This document shows, piece after piece, positions 28,465 through 37,924 of a stretch of DNA of 64,000 nt. Every line of letters begins with the position of its first letter. The stretch's first letter is position 1. This stretch comes from a virus (lineage: Duplodnaviria; Caudoviricetes): IMG/VR virus record IMGVR_UViG_3300035208_008180; one strand, 5' to 3'. The notes beneath the pieces were generated by a model. That model was given only the letters and a program-made list of their open reading frames with translations, ran no database searches and had not been told where the DNA came from. The position numbers and the translations under genes are program-made.

Positions 28465-28941
28465 TTAATCCTTCCATTCATAAAGTCTTATTTTTGCAAA
28501 ACCTTCTTCTATCGTAGGTTTTTGCCAATCTTTTATGTGTCGCTCTGCAACCCATAACCAATATGCGTAATCATGCCCTCTATTATCGCTATTGGTTCTA
28601 AGGGCGGCGTGTTCCTCGGGACTCCACAAAGGAAACTCTATGGCCCAAATGGGAACATCCAAACAACTGGCTAAGGCGACCCATCTCTTCCTGCTTCTAA
28701 TTGTGACATTGACACCACGATCAACAATCACATTGCGGCCCATAGCAACGGCAATGTGCAGAATATGATCCTCCACAGATTTATACAAAGGCTTCAGAGC
28801 CTCTTCATAAAGTTTATAATTGCCGCCATGTACTGCATCGACTATAGCATCGTCACTAACAACAACCCAACCTTCCTTGGCTCGTTGATTAGTGTATGTG
28901 CTTTTACCAGACGCTATTGTACCCACTAATACTTCTATCAT
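28465..28941 (-). CDS. P-loop kinase (AAA_33, polynucleotide-kinase-like)
   Basis: GTIASGKST, VSDD, VIVD..N....R..W, P...EGF. Confidence 0.8.
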   Translation of the reverse strand: MIEVLVGTIASGKSTYTNQRAKEGWVVVSDDAIVDAVHGGNYKLYEEALKPLYKSVEDHILHIAVAMGRNVIVDRGVNVTIRSRKRWVALASCLDVPIWAIEFPLWSPEEHAALRTNSDNRGHDYAYWLWVAERHIKDWQKPTIEEGFAKIRLYEWKD

Positions 28942-29903
28942 TTCTCCTCCCATGTCGCATGTGCCCTAAATTCATCTAAATTCTTGGCATTAAAATAACT
29001 CATTGAGCTACGCAGCCCATCAGAGAAACGAGTAACCAAATCTTCCAAAGACTCGCCTTCATACTCCAAAAATCTAACCCTGCCTTCAATATATTTCGGA
29101 TTATTGCGGTATTCTTTTTGAATTTCAAAAGACGCTGAGCCATGATAAACTTTTACAAACTTGCCGTCTTGTTTTACAAGCTCAGCGGGGCTATCAGAAG
29201 TAGCCGCAATGCAACTGCCCAACATTACCATATCTGCCCCTACCGCTATGGCCTTACACATATCTCGGGGCTCTTGAATGCCGCCATCAGCTATCAATAA
29301 TGCATTCTTCTTGACAGAAGCACATTCCATAATACTGGATACCATTCCATAAGAAATACCTGTTGCATTTTTGGTAGTACAAGCTGCCCCGCCCGCAATA
29401 CCTACTCGAATAGCTATAACATGTGGCAAAGAATCCAGCCATTGATAGCATTCCTTGGAAGCAACATTACCCACAATAAAACCTATTTCATCAACCGACA
29501 TTCCATGCCCAAGCGACTCTATGACTTTGGCTAGTTTGGCATTTGCTCCATTGGCAGTATCAATACAAAATATTTTACAACCCACCTCACGTAATGCATG
29601 AAACCTTTCTACAGAATCCCCATTAATACCTATGGCACACGCAGAGCCATGCATATTATCTGATTGTCTTGAGTGTTTCCAACACTCAATTTGTTCATTG
29701 ATTGGCATGAAACGATGAATAATTCCCATGCCACCTAATCTTTCCATTCTAAAAGCAACCGTCCCGTCACAAACATCTTTCATTGGAGCAGCAACAATAG
29801 GCACAGACATAGCCCGAACCTTGGTGCTTATATCATCTCTTGATTCAATATTAGATACCACTCTCGGCACTAATGTAATATCATCAAATCCTAAACTTCT
29901 CAT
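28938..29903 (-). CDS. GMP reductase / IMP dehydrogenase family (no CBS domains)
   Basis: FDDITLVP, GIIHRF, IDTANG, GNVAS, GIAGGAACTT, IADGGI, Y.GSAS, GLRSSMSY. Confidence 0.9.
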   Translation of the reverse strand: MRSLGFDDITLVPRVVSNIESRDDISTKVRAMSVPIVAAPMKDVCDGTVAFRMERLGGMGIIHRFMPINEQIECWKHSRQSDNMHGSACAIGINGDSVERFHALREVGCKIFCIDTANGANAKLAKVIESLGHGMSVDEIGFIVGNVASKECYQWLDSLPHVIAIRVGIAGGAACTTKNATGISYGMVSSIMECASVKKNALLIADGGIQEPRDMCKAIAVGADMVMLGSCIAATSDSPAELVKQDGKFVKVYHGSASFEIQKEYRNNPKYIEGRVRFLEYEGESLEDLVTRFSDGLRSSMSYFNAKNLDEFRAHATWEEK

Positions 29904-30154
29904 ATAATTCTTCTTTTCTTTTCGACAACACAACCTTGAATAGGATATCTAAAAGCCCATTGCATCGGGCGACAATTGCTACATGCGGCGTAGGCAGGTA
30001 TCAATCTCAAACAAATAAATTGATTATTGTCAAATTCACTGCCTATTTGCCAACCAAAACATCTAAGAATTGGATTAAATAATACCTTCAACAAACTGCG
30101 ATGATTGATTACTTTGTCATCTTTCCAAATAATACCGAGATTAAGCTGCTGCAT
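29900..30154 (-). CDS. hypothetical protein
   Basis: coupled ORF. Confidence 0.45.
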   Translation of the reverse strand: MQQLNLGIIWKDDKVINHRSLLKVLFNPILRCFGWQIGSEFDNNQFICLRLIPAYAACSNCRPMQWAFRYPIQGCVVEKKRRII

Positions 30155-30794
30155 TTTTTACACAATCCCAAAGCACCCACTTGTCATCAATGAGCTTAAA
30201 TGTTGTTAAATCCTTGCCAAAAGTAGATGAAAGAGGCGGTATAAACATGGATACCTTTGGCGATCTATCTCTATCATCTGGGAACTTTGTAATCTGAACA
30301 CCCCATTCTTTAGGAAGATTTTCAGGAAACACAGTCCATCTTTCTTTCTTCTTTTGAATCCATTCTAATTTAGTTTGTATGTTTTCCAAATATTCTAAGC
30401 ACCTACAATAGGAATACCATATAATCTCAAACTTAATTAAATGTATCCAAGGCCCAGTTTGATAAGCATGCCAATCATACTTGTGGGTAAAATCTCTGCC
30501 TTTTTTAATTTTATCAAGATCAAGCAAATCCAAAAACCTATACACACCTTGTGAAAGAACCTGATGTATATCTGTGCCATCCTGCCTATTGTGAATAGAA
30601 ATCCATTGATCTACAACACCTCGATACACAGCATCTAATTTATCTTTTCTATCCACCAACGGTGTTGCTAGCTCTGCCTTACCATTAAATTGAAAATCAT
30701 TAATCACACCAAATAAAATATCTTGATAAGGTTTTGTCGCATTAAACGCCTCTCCCGATGATATCTCATTTAAATGCACTATTCTTTTATTCAT
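30141..30794 (-). CDS. hypothetical protein
   Basis: GGAGG RBS, ATGA coupling. Confidence 0.55.
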   Translation of the reverse strand: MNKRIVHLNEISSGEAFNATKPYQDILFGVINDFQFNGKAELATPLVDRKDKLDAVYRGVVDQWISIHNRQDGTDIHQVLSQGVYRFLDLLDLDKIKKGRDFTHKYDWHAYQTGPWIHLIKFEIIWYSYCRCLEYLENIQTKLEWIQKKKERWTVFPENLPKEWGVQITKFPDDRDRSPKVSMFIPPLSSTFGKDLTTFKLIDDKWVLWDCVKNAAA

Positions 30795-30976
30795 CCTGTT
30801 TCCTCCCATAAACAACCACAAACACTACAACGATATTGTGGGTAATTATTACCATTCATATAGTCCAGTATGGAGATTTTTGCCTCCCTGATGGACCTGC
30901 CGACAGTTTTGCACTTCGGGCATTCCCTGTTTTTCCAGCCTACATCTATTATTTTTACTTTGTTTCCTTTGTCCAT
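30791..30976 (-). CDS. small Zn-ribbon protein
   Basis: CPKC...YRCSVCG. Confidence 0.55.
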   Translation of the reverse strand: MDKGNKVKIIDVGWKNRECPKCKTVGRSIREAKISILDYMNGNNYPQYRCSVCGCLWEETG

Positions 30977-31524
30977 CGCTCCACCACAAATCCTTCATAT
31001 TCCTCTATAATTTCTCTGTCCCACATATGTGGAAATTCTGGAAAGAAAGTGTCGCCTTCATATTTGCCAGGAATTTGGCTCACCAGCATTTCGTCCACTA
31101 AATCTAGCTCCAGAGCTTGTTTATAAATACTTGCTCCACCGCAAATAAAAATCCCTCTCTCTGGATAGTTCTGACGTGCAAAATCAACAGCTTCTTTCAC
31201 ACCAGCAATAAACACTACCTGGGTGCCAAACATTTCGTTCACCTTGCCCAACTTTACTCGCCTCAAACACTGTTCGCCATCAATCGAGCAAGAATATTTG
31301 GTGTATCCTGATTCGCCCTCAGGGGCGACAACAATATTGACTCGATATAAAAGTGGCTTGAAAGGCAAATTCTCATAGGTGGTCAAACCAAAGATTACTG
31401 TCTGCCCACTGGTTCTTTCCTTAAACAATTTAAGGTCTCTTGGAACTTTCCAAGGCAACCCATTCTTGCTGCCAATTAAACGATTTGATTCTTCTGCCCA
31501 AGCTACTAATAATGTCGTTTTCAT
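30955..31524 (-). CDS. folA: dihydrofolate reductase
   Basis: IG..NGLPW..P.DL..FK, KPL..R.NIV, ICGGASIY, GDTFFP. Confidence 0.92.
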   Translation of the reverse strand: MKTTLLVAWAEESNRLIGSKNGLPWKVPRDLKLFKERTSGQTVIFGLTTYENLPFKPLLYRVNIVVAPEGESGYTKYSCSIDGEQCLRRVKLGKVNEMFGTQVVFIAGVKEAVDFARQNYPERGIFICGGASIYKQALELDLVDEMLVSQIPGKYEGDTFFPEFPHMWDREIIEEYEGFVVERWTKETK

Positions 31525-32291
31525 GTAAATAATAGTAATTGTTGTAATCTATGTGGTCTGTTTTTGAATTTTTTATAATACTCTTTGTCGGCCTCTATGG
31601 CAAAGAAATGCCGATTGGTTTGCCGAGCCGCCAATGCTGACGTACCACTTCCGGCGAATAGATCGCAAATCAAATCGCCTTCATTCGTGGTGAGTTGAAT
31701 GATCTGCCGAGCCAGAGCCAGAGGTTTCTGCGTGGGGAATCCTTCCTTCTCTTTGTCGCTAAGTTTGAACTCCCAATCTGGCCCTATTTCCTCAATTCTC
31801 TTACGAATGACATCGCCGCCATTCCTTTTCACCACTATTGGATTGAGAGCGGCCTTGCCCTTGGAGAAATATAGGATAGGCTCCCAGGATCGTTTCATTG
31901 CCCCTTTTAAATCTCCACCAACGGAAAATAGCTTTCGCCAAGCAATTGTGCCTTTGTAGGTAAACCCACAATCTTCAAAGCAATGAGCATGCTTCATTAC
32001 AACATGCTCCATATCCCCATGTATGAACATAAATGAATTTGGCTTTAAAACACGATAACACTCGGCGGCCAAAACATTCCAATCAATACCCTTGCCATCA
32101 TCCCCCAGAATGTGTTTATCAAACTTAGACTTGCTAACACCGGCTTTGTTCCATTTTTTATCCCCAGGAATATTGCTTTTATAACTACATCCATAGGGTG
32201 GATCAAAATACATTAAATTAAATGCATCAGAGGGCACTTCTTTTATTATATCTTCCCAACGACCTAATACAAATTGATCTATAATTTTCAT
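31521..32291 (-). CDS. DNA N4-C/N6-A methyltransferase (beta class)
   Basis: DPPY near N-terminus, FPTQKP, DLFAGSGT near C-terminus. Confidence 0.9.
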   Translation of the reverse strand: MKIIDQFVLGRWEDIIKEVPSDAFNLMYFDPPYGCSYKSNIPGDKKWNKAGVSKSKFDKHILGDDGKGIDWNVLAAECYRVLKPNSFMFIHGDMEHVVMKHAHCFEDCGFTYKGTIAWRKLFSVGGDLKGAMKRSWEPILYFSKGKAALNPIVVKRNGGDVIRKRIEEIGPDWEFKLSDKEKEGFPTQKPLALARQIIQLTTNEGDLICDLFAGSGTSALAARQTNRHFFAIEADKEYYKKFKNRPHRLQQLLLFT

Positions 32292-32298
32292 AACCATA

Positions 32299-32327
32299 AT
32301 AATATCATAATTAGTAAAATAATTCAA
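32299..32327 (-). promoter_or_regulatory. sigma70-like promoter, copy 1 of a duplicated element
   Basis: TTGAAT-17-TATTAT with TGn extension; ATG 7 nt after the -10. Confidence 0.65.
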
Positions 32328-32340
32328 TAGCAAAGAAAAA

Positions 32341-32368
32341 GGACTCACACCCTTGCGAATGTGAGTCC
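32341..32368 (-). terminator. intrinsic terminator
   Basis: GGACTCACA/TGTGAGTCC stem with U-tract on minus strand. Confidence 0.65.
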
Positions 32369-32400
32369 CCACTTTTACAAAAGACCACGCTTTTGTTTCT

Positions 32401-32712
32401 TTACACGCCTTTCTTCACCAAATCCAAAAGGTCTTCTCTTTGGTAGGTGGTGGAAACAAGCATATGCTCGGGCATACGCTTGCGAAGGCGACGACCACAT
32501 TGTTTAATCTGGGCGATCTTGTCCTTGCGGAACGACTTGATGGGGGCTTCCTTGTAATCACGCACATCTATGCCAGAGCGTAATTCATAACCCTTGACAA
32601 CATCTGTAGTGTCATCAATAACCAACACTGTTCTGCGGACGGGGTGCGAGTGATTACCTTTGTAATAAAACCTCGCAACAGGCAAATCTTTTACGACATC
32701 GTATTCTTGCAT
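32401..32712 (-). CDS. hypothetical protein, WYL-like
   Basis: F.Y......RRTV...IKSFRKDKI pattern; GAGG RBS. Confidence 0.45.
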   Translation of the reverse strand: MQEYDVVKDLPVARFYYKGNHSHPVRRTVLVIDDTTDVVKGYELRSGIDVRDYKEAPIKSFRKDKIAQIKQCGRRLRKRMPEHMLVSTTYQREDLLDLVKKGV

Positions 32713-32779
32713 AACACACCTCAAATAAAAAAGGATCAATTGATTGATTTACTTAACTTATCAAATTGAATAACAATTG

Positions 32780-33799
32780 TCAAGATGATTTTGGTGGCGG
32801 GCAATAGAAAATAATTTCATGCGACTCCTTCACAAAATCTGCATCTCCTCTCTCTATTCTATTTTTGCCCATGCGAGTTTCTCCCTGACCCATCGTGTAT
32901 TGCCAAACAGGACAGCTACTATCATATCCTTTGTATAATTCTCTTATTTTTGGACAATCATTATAAGATAACACAAAGCCTCCCTTGTGATTTTTTAAAC
33001 ATTCGGCTAATAGGTCATGTTTAAATCCCTCATGATGTATTGGAATATTACGCATTGGATAAATTCCCTTAAACATTTTGGAGTCCTCTCCAATGTAATA
33101 TGGAGGATCACAATAAAAGAAATCATTTGGATGCTTTTTAAATACATCTGCAAAATCTGCACACTCAACCCTCAATTTTCCTGGGCTGAATTCTTGCACC
33201 ATCTTAAGCATTGATGTATATTTCTTTTCATTTAGATAAATTTTACCTGACCAGCCCAAAAACCCTGGCCCGTAAGATAAATTAAAATTAAAGAAATAAT
33301 GAACAGCTAAATCAATCCCCTCTAATTTTTGTTTTCTATCCCACTCTTTTTGCATATTTTCTTCTGCCAATGATTTATATCGCTTAAATCTATGACAAGC
33401 CTTACTCCAGCTTTCAAAATTCTTGGTTGTCTTGTCCCAATGATCTTCTAATCTGTCCTTAACCTCATCATATGTTTTTTGATCGGGTTTTAACTTTTTG
33501 AGTTCTTGATACATAGCCTCGGGCTGCTCTATTTGATACTTCCAATAATTGACCAATATATCAAAAATATCATACCCAATTACTTCTACGCCTACATCCT
33601 TGCTCATTGCTATTTCAACAGAGCCGCCTCCAAAGAAAGGCGACACCACTCGTTCCACTCCTTCTGGCACTAATTCAAGCACATGTCCAACACCCAAACT
33701 TTTGCCGCCTGCATATCTGATGGGCGAATTTACCACTCGTTTGTATTTTTGGTTTGTAATACTTTTTAAGAAATTAATTCTACGCTCTGTTGTATTCAT
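32780..33799 (-). CDS. D12/Dam-class DNA adenine methyltransferase
   Basis: SPIRYAGGKS, SPFFGGGSV, YCDPPY, LSYND. Confidence 0.92.
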   Translation of the reverse strand: MNTTERRINFLKSITNQKYKRVVNSPIRYAGGKSLGVGHVLELVPEGVERVVSPFFGGGSVEIAMSKDVGVEVIGYDIFDILVNYWKYQIEQPEAMYQELKKLKPDQKTYDEVKDRLEDHWDKTTKNFESWSKACHRFKRYKSLAEENMQKEWDRKQKLEGIDLAVHYFFNFNLSYGPGFLGWSGKIYLNEKKYTSMLKMVQEFSPGKLRVECADFADVFKKHPNDFFYCDPPYYIGEDSKMFKGIYPMRNIPIHHEGFKHDLLAECLKNHKGGFVLSYNDCPKIRELYKGYDSSCPVWQYTMGQGETRMGKNRIERGDADFVKESHEIIFYCPPPKSS

Positions 33800-33801
33800 T
33801 A

Positions 33802-34554
33802 TTATATTTCTCCATTATTTATTTTTGTTTTATCAGTCAATGGCTTTGTAATTAAATCATGAAACTTTTCACGAATATTGGTAGGCCATGCTTTGTGTCT
33901 TTCTTGAAAATTCCATTCTGGATAGTCGCCCTCTATTTCTTTAAACTGACATTTGCACTTATCTTCCATTTCCTTATAGGCATGTATCTCTTGGCTTTCC
34001 TCAGAATAAAGACCTTTTACAGGTGCCATTACGCCATCGGCAGTAATTGTGTAAATTTCTACTTTTTTCCCTTCTGTCAAGCATTCCTTAATCAAATATG
34101 CTACACCAAACGACCTAATACTCGGCTTGCCCTGCATGCCTGCTTTTTGATAAAAAGAGAGAGTAAACTTTATTCCACCCTTGCATTGAGACCCACCTAT
34201 TTTTACAATTCTTCCATCAACAACAATCAAATACACTCTTGCATTATCTCTGGTGTCTAAATTTTCGTTATAAATAAATTTTGGGAAGCCATCTGTGTCC
34301 AAAATCGCATTAGCAATCTTTGTTGCATTTGTTGCTTCTTGTATGTTAAATGTCCTAAAAACTACATTCACCAATTTTTTTTGTTCTTTTTTTACCTGCT
34401 TCGGTTGCGATGATTTTGTATAAAACACATGCCCACACTTACAAGATGAGCATTTGCTTCCTATGATTTCCTCACAACTCGGGCATCTCTTTTGCCCCCT
34501 TCCCGGCCTTTTATATCCTTGATTAAAATCAAATTCTATTTGTGCTACATTCAT
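33802..34554 (-). CDS. GIY-YIG type II restriction endonuclease-like (Hpy188I-like) with N-terminal Zn ribbon
   Basis: RVYLIVVDGRIVKIGGS variant GIY-YIG, downstream E (KEME), P.WN; directly upstream of the MTase. Confidence 0.6.
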   Translation of the reverse strand: MNVAQIEFDFNQGYKRPGRGQKRCPSCEEIIGSKCSSCKCGHVFYTKSSQPKQVKKEQKKLVNVVFRTFNIQEATNATKIANAILDTDGFPKFIYNENLDTRDNARVYLIVVDGRIVKIGGSQCKGGIKFTLSFYQKAGMQGKPSIRSFGVAYLIKECLTEGKKVEIYTITADGVMAPVKGLYSEESQEIHAYKEMEDKCKCQFKEIEGDYPEWNFQERHKAWPTNIREKFHDLITKPLTDKTKINNGEI

Positions 34555-34627
34555 GTTTTCCTCAGGGTTTATGGGATTTATATTAAACACCATAATACAC
34601 AAAAGAAAACAAATAGTCAAATGCAAT

Positions 34628-34798
34628 TTAATTATGATTTCCCTCCATTAAATTCTTTATCTCCGAAATGCGGAACCTCCTGTGATTTCCGGGTGTCCGC
34701 ACGCAGTTTATTTTTTTGTCCTTCTCCCAATTTCTTAATGTCATGACAGAAACTCCCAACATCTTCGCTGCCTGCCTCGGGCTAATTAGTTTGTCCAT
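34628..34798 (-). CDS. MerR/BldC/Xis-like HTH protein (56 aa, not in ORF track)
   Basis: MDKLISPRQAAKMLGVSVMTLRNWEKDKKINCVRTPGNHRRF. Confidence 0.85.
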   Translation of the reverse strand: MDKLISPRQAAKMLGVSVMTLRNWEKDKKINCVRTPGNHRRFRISEIKNLMEGNHN

Positions 34799-34935
34799 AG
34801 TTCTATCCTTATATAGTAGGTTTTTATATAATTTTACAAATATTTTAGAAAAAATGTGAAAAAATCTATAAAAATCAATTTATTCACACTATATAAGTAT
34901 AGTGAAAATCATTCACTATTACAAGGAGAAACAAA

Positions 34936-35085
34936 ATGAAATACACAATCAACCAAGTAGCCACCTGTGGTTGTGAAATTTTAAATGAAAAGAGAGAGGT
35001 CTTCGCATGGGCAGTAGACCGCATTTCCGCCGAGATCATTGCGAAGGCATTGGAAATATATGCAAAAACACAGGAGGAGAAATGA
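34936..35085 (+). CDS. small hypothetical protein (49 aa)
   Basis: AAGGAG RBS; ATGA-coupled to the GIY-YIG gene. Confidence 0.55.
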   Translation: MKYTINQVATCGCEILNEKREVFAWAVDRISAEIIAKALEIYAKTQEEK

Positions 35086-35816
35086 ATTACATAATTTATA
35101 GAATAACCAATAAAATAAATGACAAAAAATATATTGGATTTTCAAGCAAGTCATTGGAGGAAAGATGGAACAAACATTTGCGAGACGCCAAGGCAGGAAG
35201 AGACACGTATTTGTGCCGAGCTATTAGAAAATATGGCGGTGATAATTTTGACAGAGAAGTAATTTACACTGGCGACGATATATCCTATACCAAATATGTA
35301 ATGGAAAATAAATTTATTATAGAAAACGAAGCACATTGCACTACTGGCAAGGGCTACAATATGACAATGGGTGGAGATGGAACGCTGGATCATACTCATT
35401 CTGAAAGCACTCGCCGTCAAATGAGCATATCTCACACTGGCATGAGATTGTCAGAGTCGGCAAAACAAAAATTAAGTGAGCAAAGAAAAGGGGTGGGCAA
35501 TCCTAATTTTGGGAAACCGCCTTCTTTGGAAACAAGGAAGAAAATAAGCCAAGCTAATATGGGTCGCAACCACTCCGAAGAAGCAAAGAACAAAATGAGC
35601 GAACAAAAGAAAGGGGATAATAATCCAAATTTTGACAAACCCCCATCCCAAGAAACCAGAGAAAAAATAAGTGCATCACTTAAAAGAAGATATGCAATGA
35701 ATGGCAATCCCAATTTTGGCAAATCACCATCCAAAGAAACAAGAGAAAAAATAAGTGTATCACTTAAAAAAAGATATGCAATGAATAAAACTACGGATAC
35801 CACAACTCTCCATTAA
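35082..35816 (+). CDS. free-standing GIY-YIG homing endonuclease with NUMOD3 repeats
   Basis: IIYRITN..N.KKYIG, R...H, GYNMT.GG, repeated GNPNFGK..S.ETR.KIS. Confidence 0.92.
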   Translation: MNYIIYRITNKINDKKYIGFSSKSLEERWNKHLRDAKAGRDTYLCRAIRKYGGDNFDREVIYTGDDISYTKYVMENKFIIENEAHCTTGKGYNMTMGGDGTLDHTHSESTRRQMSISHTGMRLSESAKQKLSEQRKGVGNPNFGKPPSLETRKKISQANMGRNHSEEAKNKMSEQKKGDNNPNFDKPPSQETREKISASLKRRYAMNGNPNFGKSPSKETREKISVSLKKRYAMNKTTDTTTLH

Positions 35817-36330
35817 CGAGAATTGGATTACAGCCAATTTTTCCACTATAAAACTCCAACTCCACGCCGCAGTCTCTCAACAATTGCAGCCCAGCATCCA
35901 CAGATGCTTTCCAGCGGTCGGGCGTCATATCCATTCGTTCTTTGTGTCCAATGACTTTCTTAATGCCCATCAATGCTATTGCTCTCGCACAGTCCGAACA
36001 AGCCAGCCACTGGCATATCATTGTTAATCCTTCCGTCGATCTTCGCCTTGCCAGAGAGAAAAGGGCATTACGCTCCGCATGCTCAATATAAAACAATTTC
36101 TTTTCACGGTCAGTAATCATGTCCTCCGTCACGGTTATTTGAGAAGGAAATTCATTACGACCTTCTGACAATATCTCCCACCTATCATCGAGTGGCGTAT
36201 CAGCATAATCTTTGCCAATAATGGTTATATTGCCAACTATTATCGCCCCATTTTGATTGGAACGATCAGGACTACCGGCAGCTAATTCATAACATCTAGC
36301 CAAATGTTTTTTTATATTTTCTTCATTCAT
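35791..36330 (-). CDS. dCMP deaminase family protein
   Basis: HAERNA and WLACSDCA zinc motifs. Confidence 0.88.
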   Translation of the reverse strand: MNEENIKKHLARCYELAAGSPDRSNQNGAIIVGNITIIGKDYADTPLDDRWEILSEGRNEFPSQITVTEDMITDREKKLFYIEHAERNALFSLARRRSTEGLTMICQWLACSDCARAIALMGIKKVIGHKERMDMTPDRWKASVDAGLQLLRDCGVELEFYSGKIGCNPILVNGELWYP

Positions 36331-36337
36331 ATCATAA

Positions 36338-36366
36338 ATAATATCATAATTGGTAAAACAATTCAA
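36338..36366 (-). promoter_or_regulatory. sigma70-like promoter, copy 2 of the duplicated element
   Basis: TTGAAT-17-TATTAT, 27/29 identical to 32299-32327; ATG 7 nt after the -10. Confidence 0.65.
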
Positions 36367-37034
36367 TGGCAAAAATGCAATTCAAACAATGGTTATTACA
36401 TGAGCGTTACGGTCAATACAACACTAACAACACCATCATTGTTGATGTTCAGCCCATGTATGCACAGCACATGAATTTTGGCATTAAAAACTTCGCTGAA
36501 TTTTTAAAACAAACCTTAAAAAATCGAAAAGTAATATATTTTTTTAACGGAGATTCTATTGGTTCCAATGATAACAAAGAGGAAATTTCCAATTGGCTTG
36601 CAGAATCAGCCAGAGAAAATACGCCATATCCAGAAGACGACGATGAAGAAATATACTGGCAAGATCACGAAGACACCTACTCATTGTTCCATAACCGATG
36701 CCTATGGTATGATAAAGGTTATGGCTTCTTTAGGTCATGGATGGATCATGGAGTCAGTGATGCCACTATTATTAAAACAATTAGATATATGATAATGAAA
36801 CGCATCAATGACTCTAGAGACTTGGGAGAGGAAGAGCTTCAACTTATTACAAATGGAGAAGACATCCCATTGCACGACCCTTTGTTTATACCCTCCATTC
36901 CTCTGAATATTTTAAAACAATTCAGTGGAGCATTCCTTTGTGGAGGTGGTAAAAATGAATGCTTAAAAGAAGTGACACTTCTCATGAATGCTCTAAATAT
37001 AAAATATACAATTCTTTCAGAATTTACATATTAA
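36366..37034 (+). CDS. isochorismatase/cysteine-hydrolase-like protein, tagged
   Basis: IIVDVQP, DKGYG, LCGGGKNECL resemble the Asp-Lys-Cys triad; MQFKQWLLHE start. Confidence 0.6.
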   Translation: MAKMQFKQWLLHERYGQYNTNNTIIVDVQPMYAQHMNFGIKNFAEFLKQTLKNRKVIYFFNGDSIGSNDNKEEISNWLAESARENTPYPEDDDEEIYWQDHEDTYSLFHNRCLWYDKGYGFFRSWMDHGVSDATIIKTIRYMIMKRINDSRDLGEEELQLITNGEDIPLHDPLFIPSIPLNILKQFSGAFLCGGGKNECLKEVTLLMNALNIKYTILSEFTY

Positions 37035-37924
37035 ACCGCTACCGGAATTTTAATGGCCGCTTGCGGGTTGTAATCTACAATCTCAAAATCACTCATCTGA
37101 TACGAATAAATATCATCAGCCTTGTGCAAAATTAGCTTTGGAGAATCAGGTTTCGGTCTAGCCAGATATTCCTCAACGGCTGGTATTTGATCCTCGTAAA
37201 TATGAGAATCCGCTGTGCTGTGAATAAATTCATAAGGCTCCAAATCGCATTGCTGAGCCAACATATAAATTAAAGCACTGTAAAATTGAATGTTTGCTGG
37301 AATTCCCACAGGGAAGTCACAACTGCGTTGGGTCAACATCCCACTCAATTTACCATCATGCACAAAACACTGGAAAGTATAATGGCAAGGCGGCAGCCGC
37401 ATTTTCCATGTATCTAACGGATTCCACAACGAGAATAGATTTCGTCGGTCATCGGGATTTTCTTTTAAGGTTTTGACCATGTTGGCAAGTTGGTCAAAAC
37501 CACCCGCTCCATATTTCACCTTAAAATCCTGATCGCATTCAGTGACGGTGAATTCCTTGTCTCCGTCTCCATATTCGCCGCCAAAATGCCGTAGCTGGAA
37601 GCCGTATACAGGACCAAAGCTGCCCGGTATGAATCCATGTTTCTTTTCAAAATCATGATCTACCCACGGGGTCCATATCCCAGACCCTAATGCAATTAGA
37701 TCATTGTTGTTGGTAGAGCCTGAGAGAAACCACAACAATTCTCCAAAGATAGCCTTGGGCCACACTTTTCTCCCAGTTAGAAGGGGAAAATGCTCATTGA
37801 TTCTGTATCGGCTTTGGATGCCAAAAACAGCAACAGTTCTTACCCCCGTCCTGTTTTCCTTCCAAACTCCATTCTTAATAATGTTGCGTAAAGCATCGTC
37901 ATACGCCTGTAGGATGTATGTCAT
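37031..37924 (-). CDS. thyA: thymidylate synthase
   Basis: NRTG, ELLWFLSG, GPVYGFQ.R, DRR, LPPCH, QRSCD...G.P.N, HIY. Confidence 0.96.
   Translation of the reverse strand: MTYILQAYDDALRNIIKNGVWKENRTGVRTVAVFGIQSRYRINEHFPLLTGRKVWPKAIFGELLWFLSGSTNNNDLIALGSGIWTPWVDHDFEKKHGFIPGSFGPVYGFQLRHFGGEYGDGDKEFTVTECDQDFKVKYGAGGFDQLANMVKTLKENPDDRRNLFSLWNPLDTWKMRLPPCHYTFQCFVHDGKLSGMLTQRSCDFPVGIPANIQFYSALIYMLAQQCDLEPYEFIHSTADSHIYEDQIPAVEEYLARPKPDSPKLILHKADDIYSYQMSDFEIVDYNPQAAIKIPVAV

Noticed and set aside
34628-34798. IS607 transposon
   Set aside because: The HTH resembles the IS607 TnpA N-terminus, but no serine recombinase domain or TnpB follows.
35082-35816. Group I intron hosting the GIY-YIG gene
   Set aside because: Flanking genes (dCMP deaminase, thyA) are intact and on the opposite strand, so the endonuclease looks free-standing.
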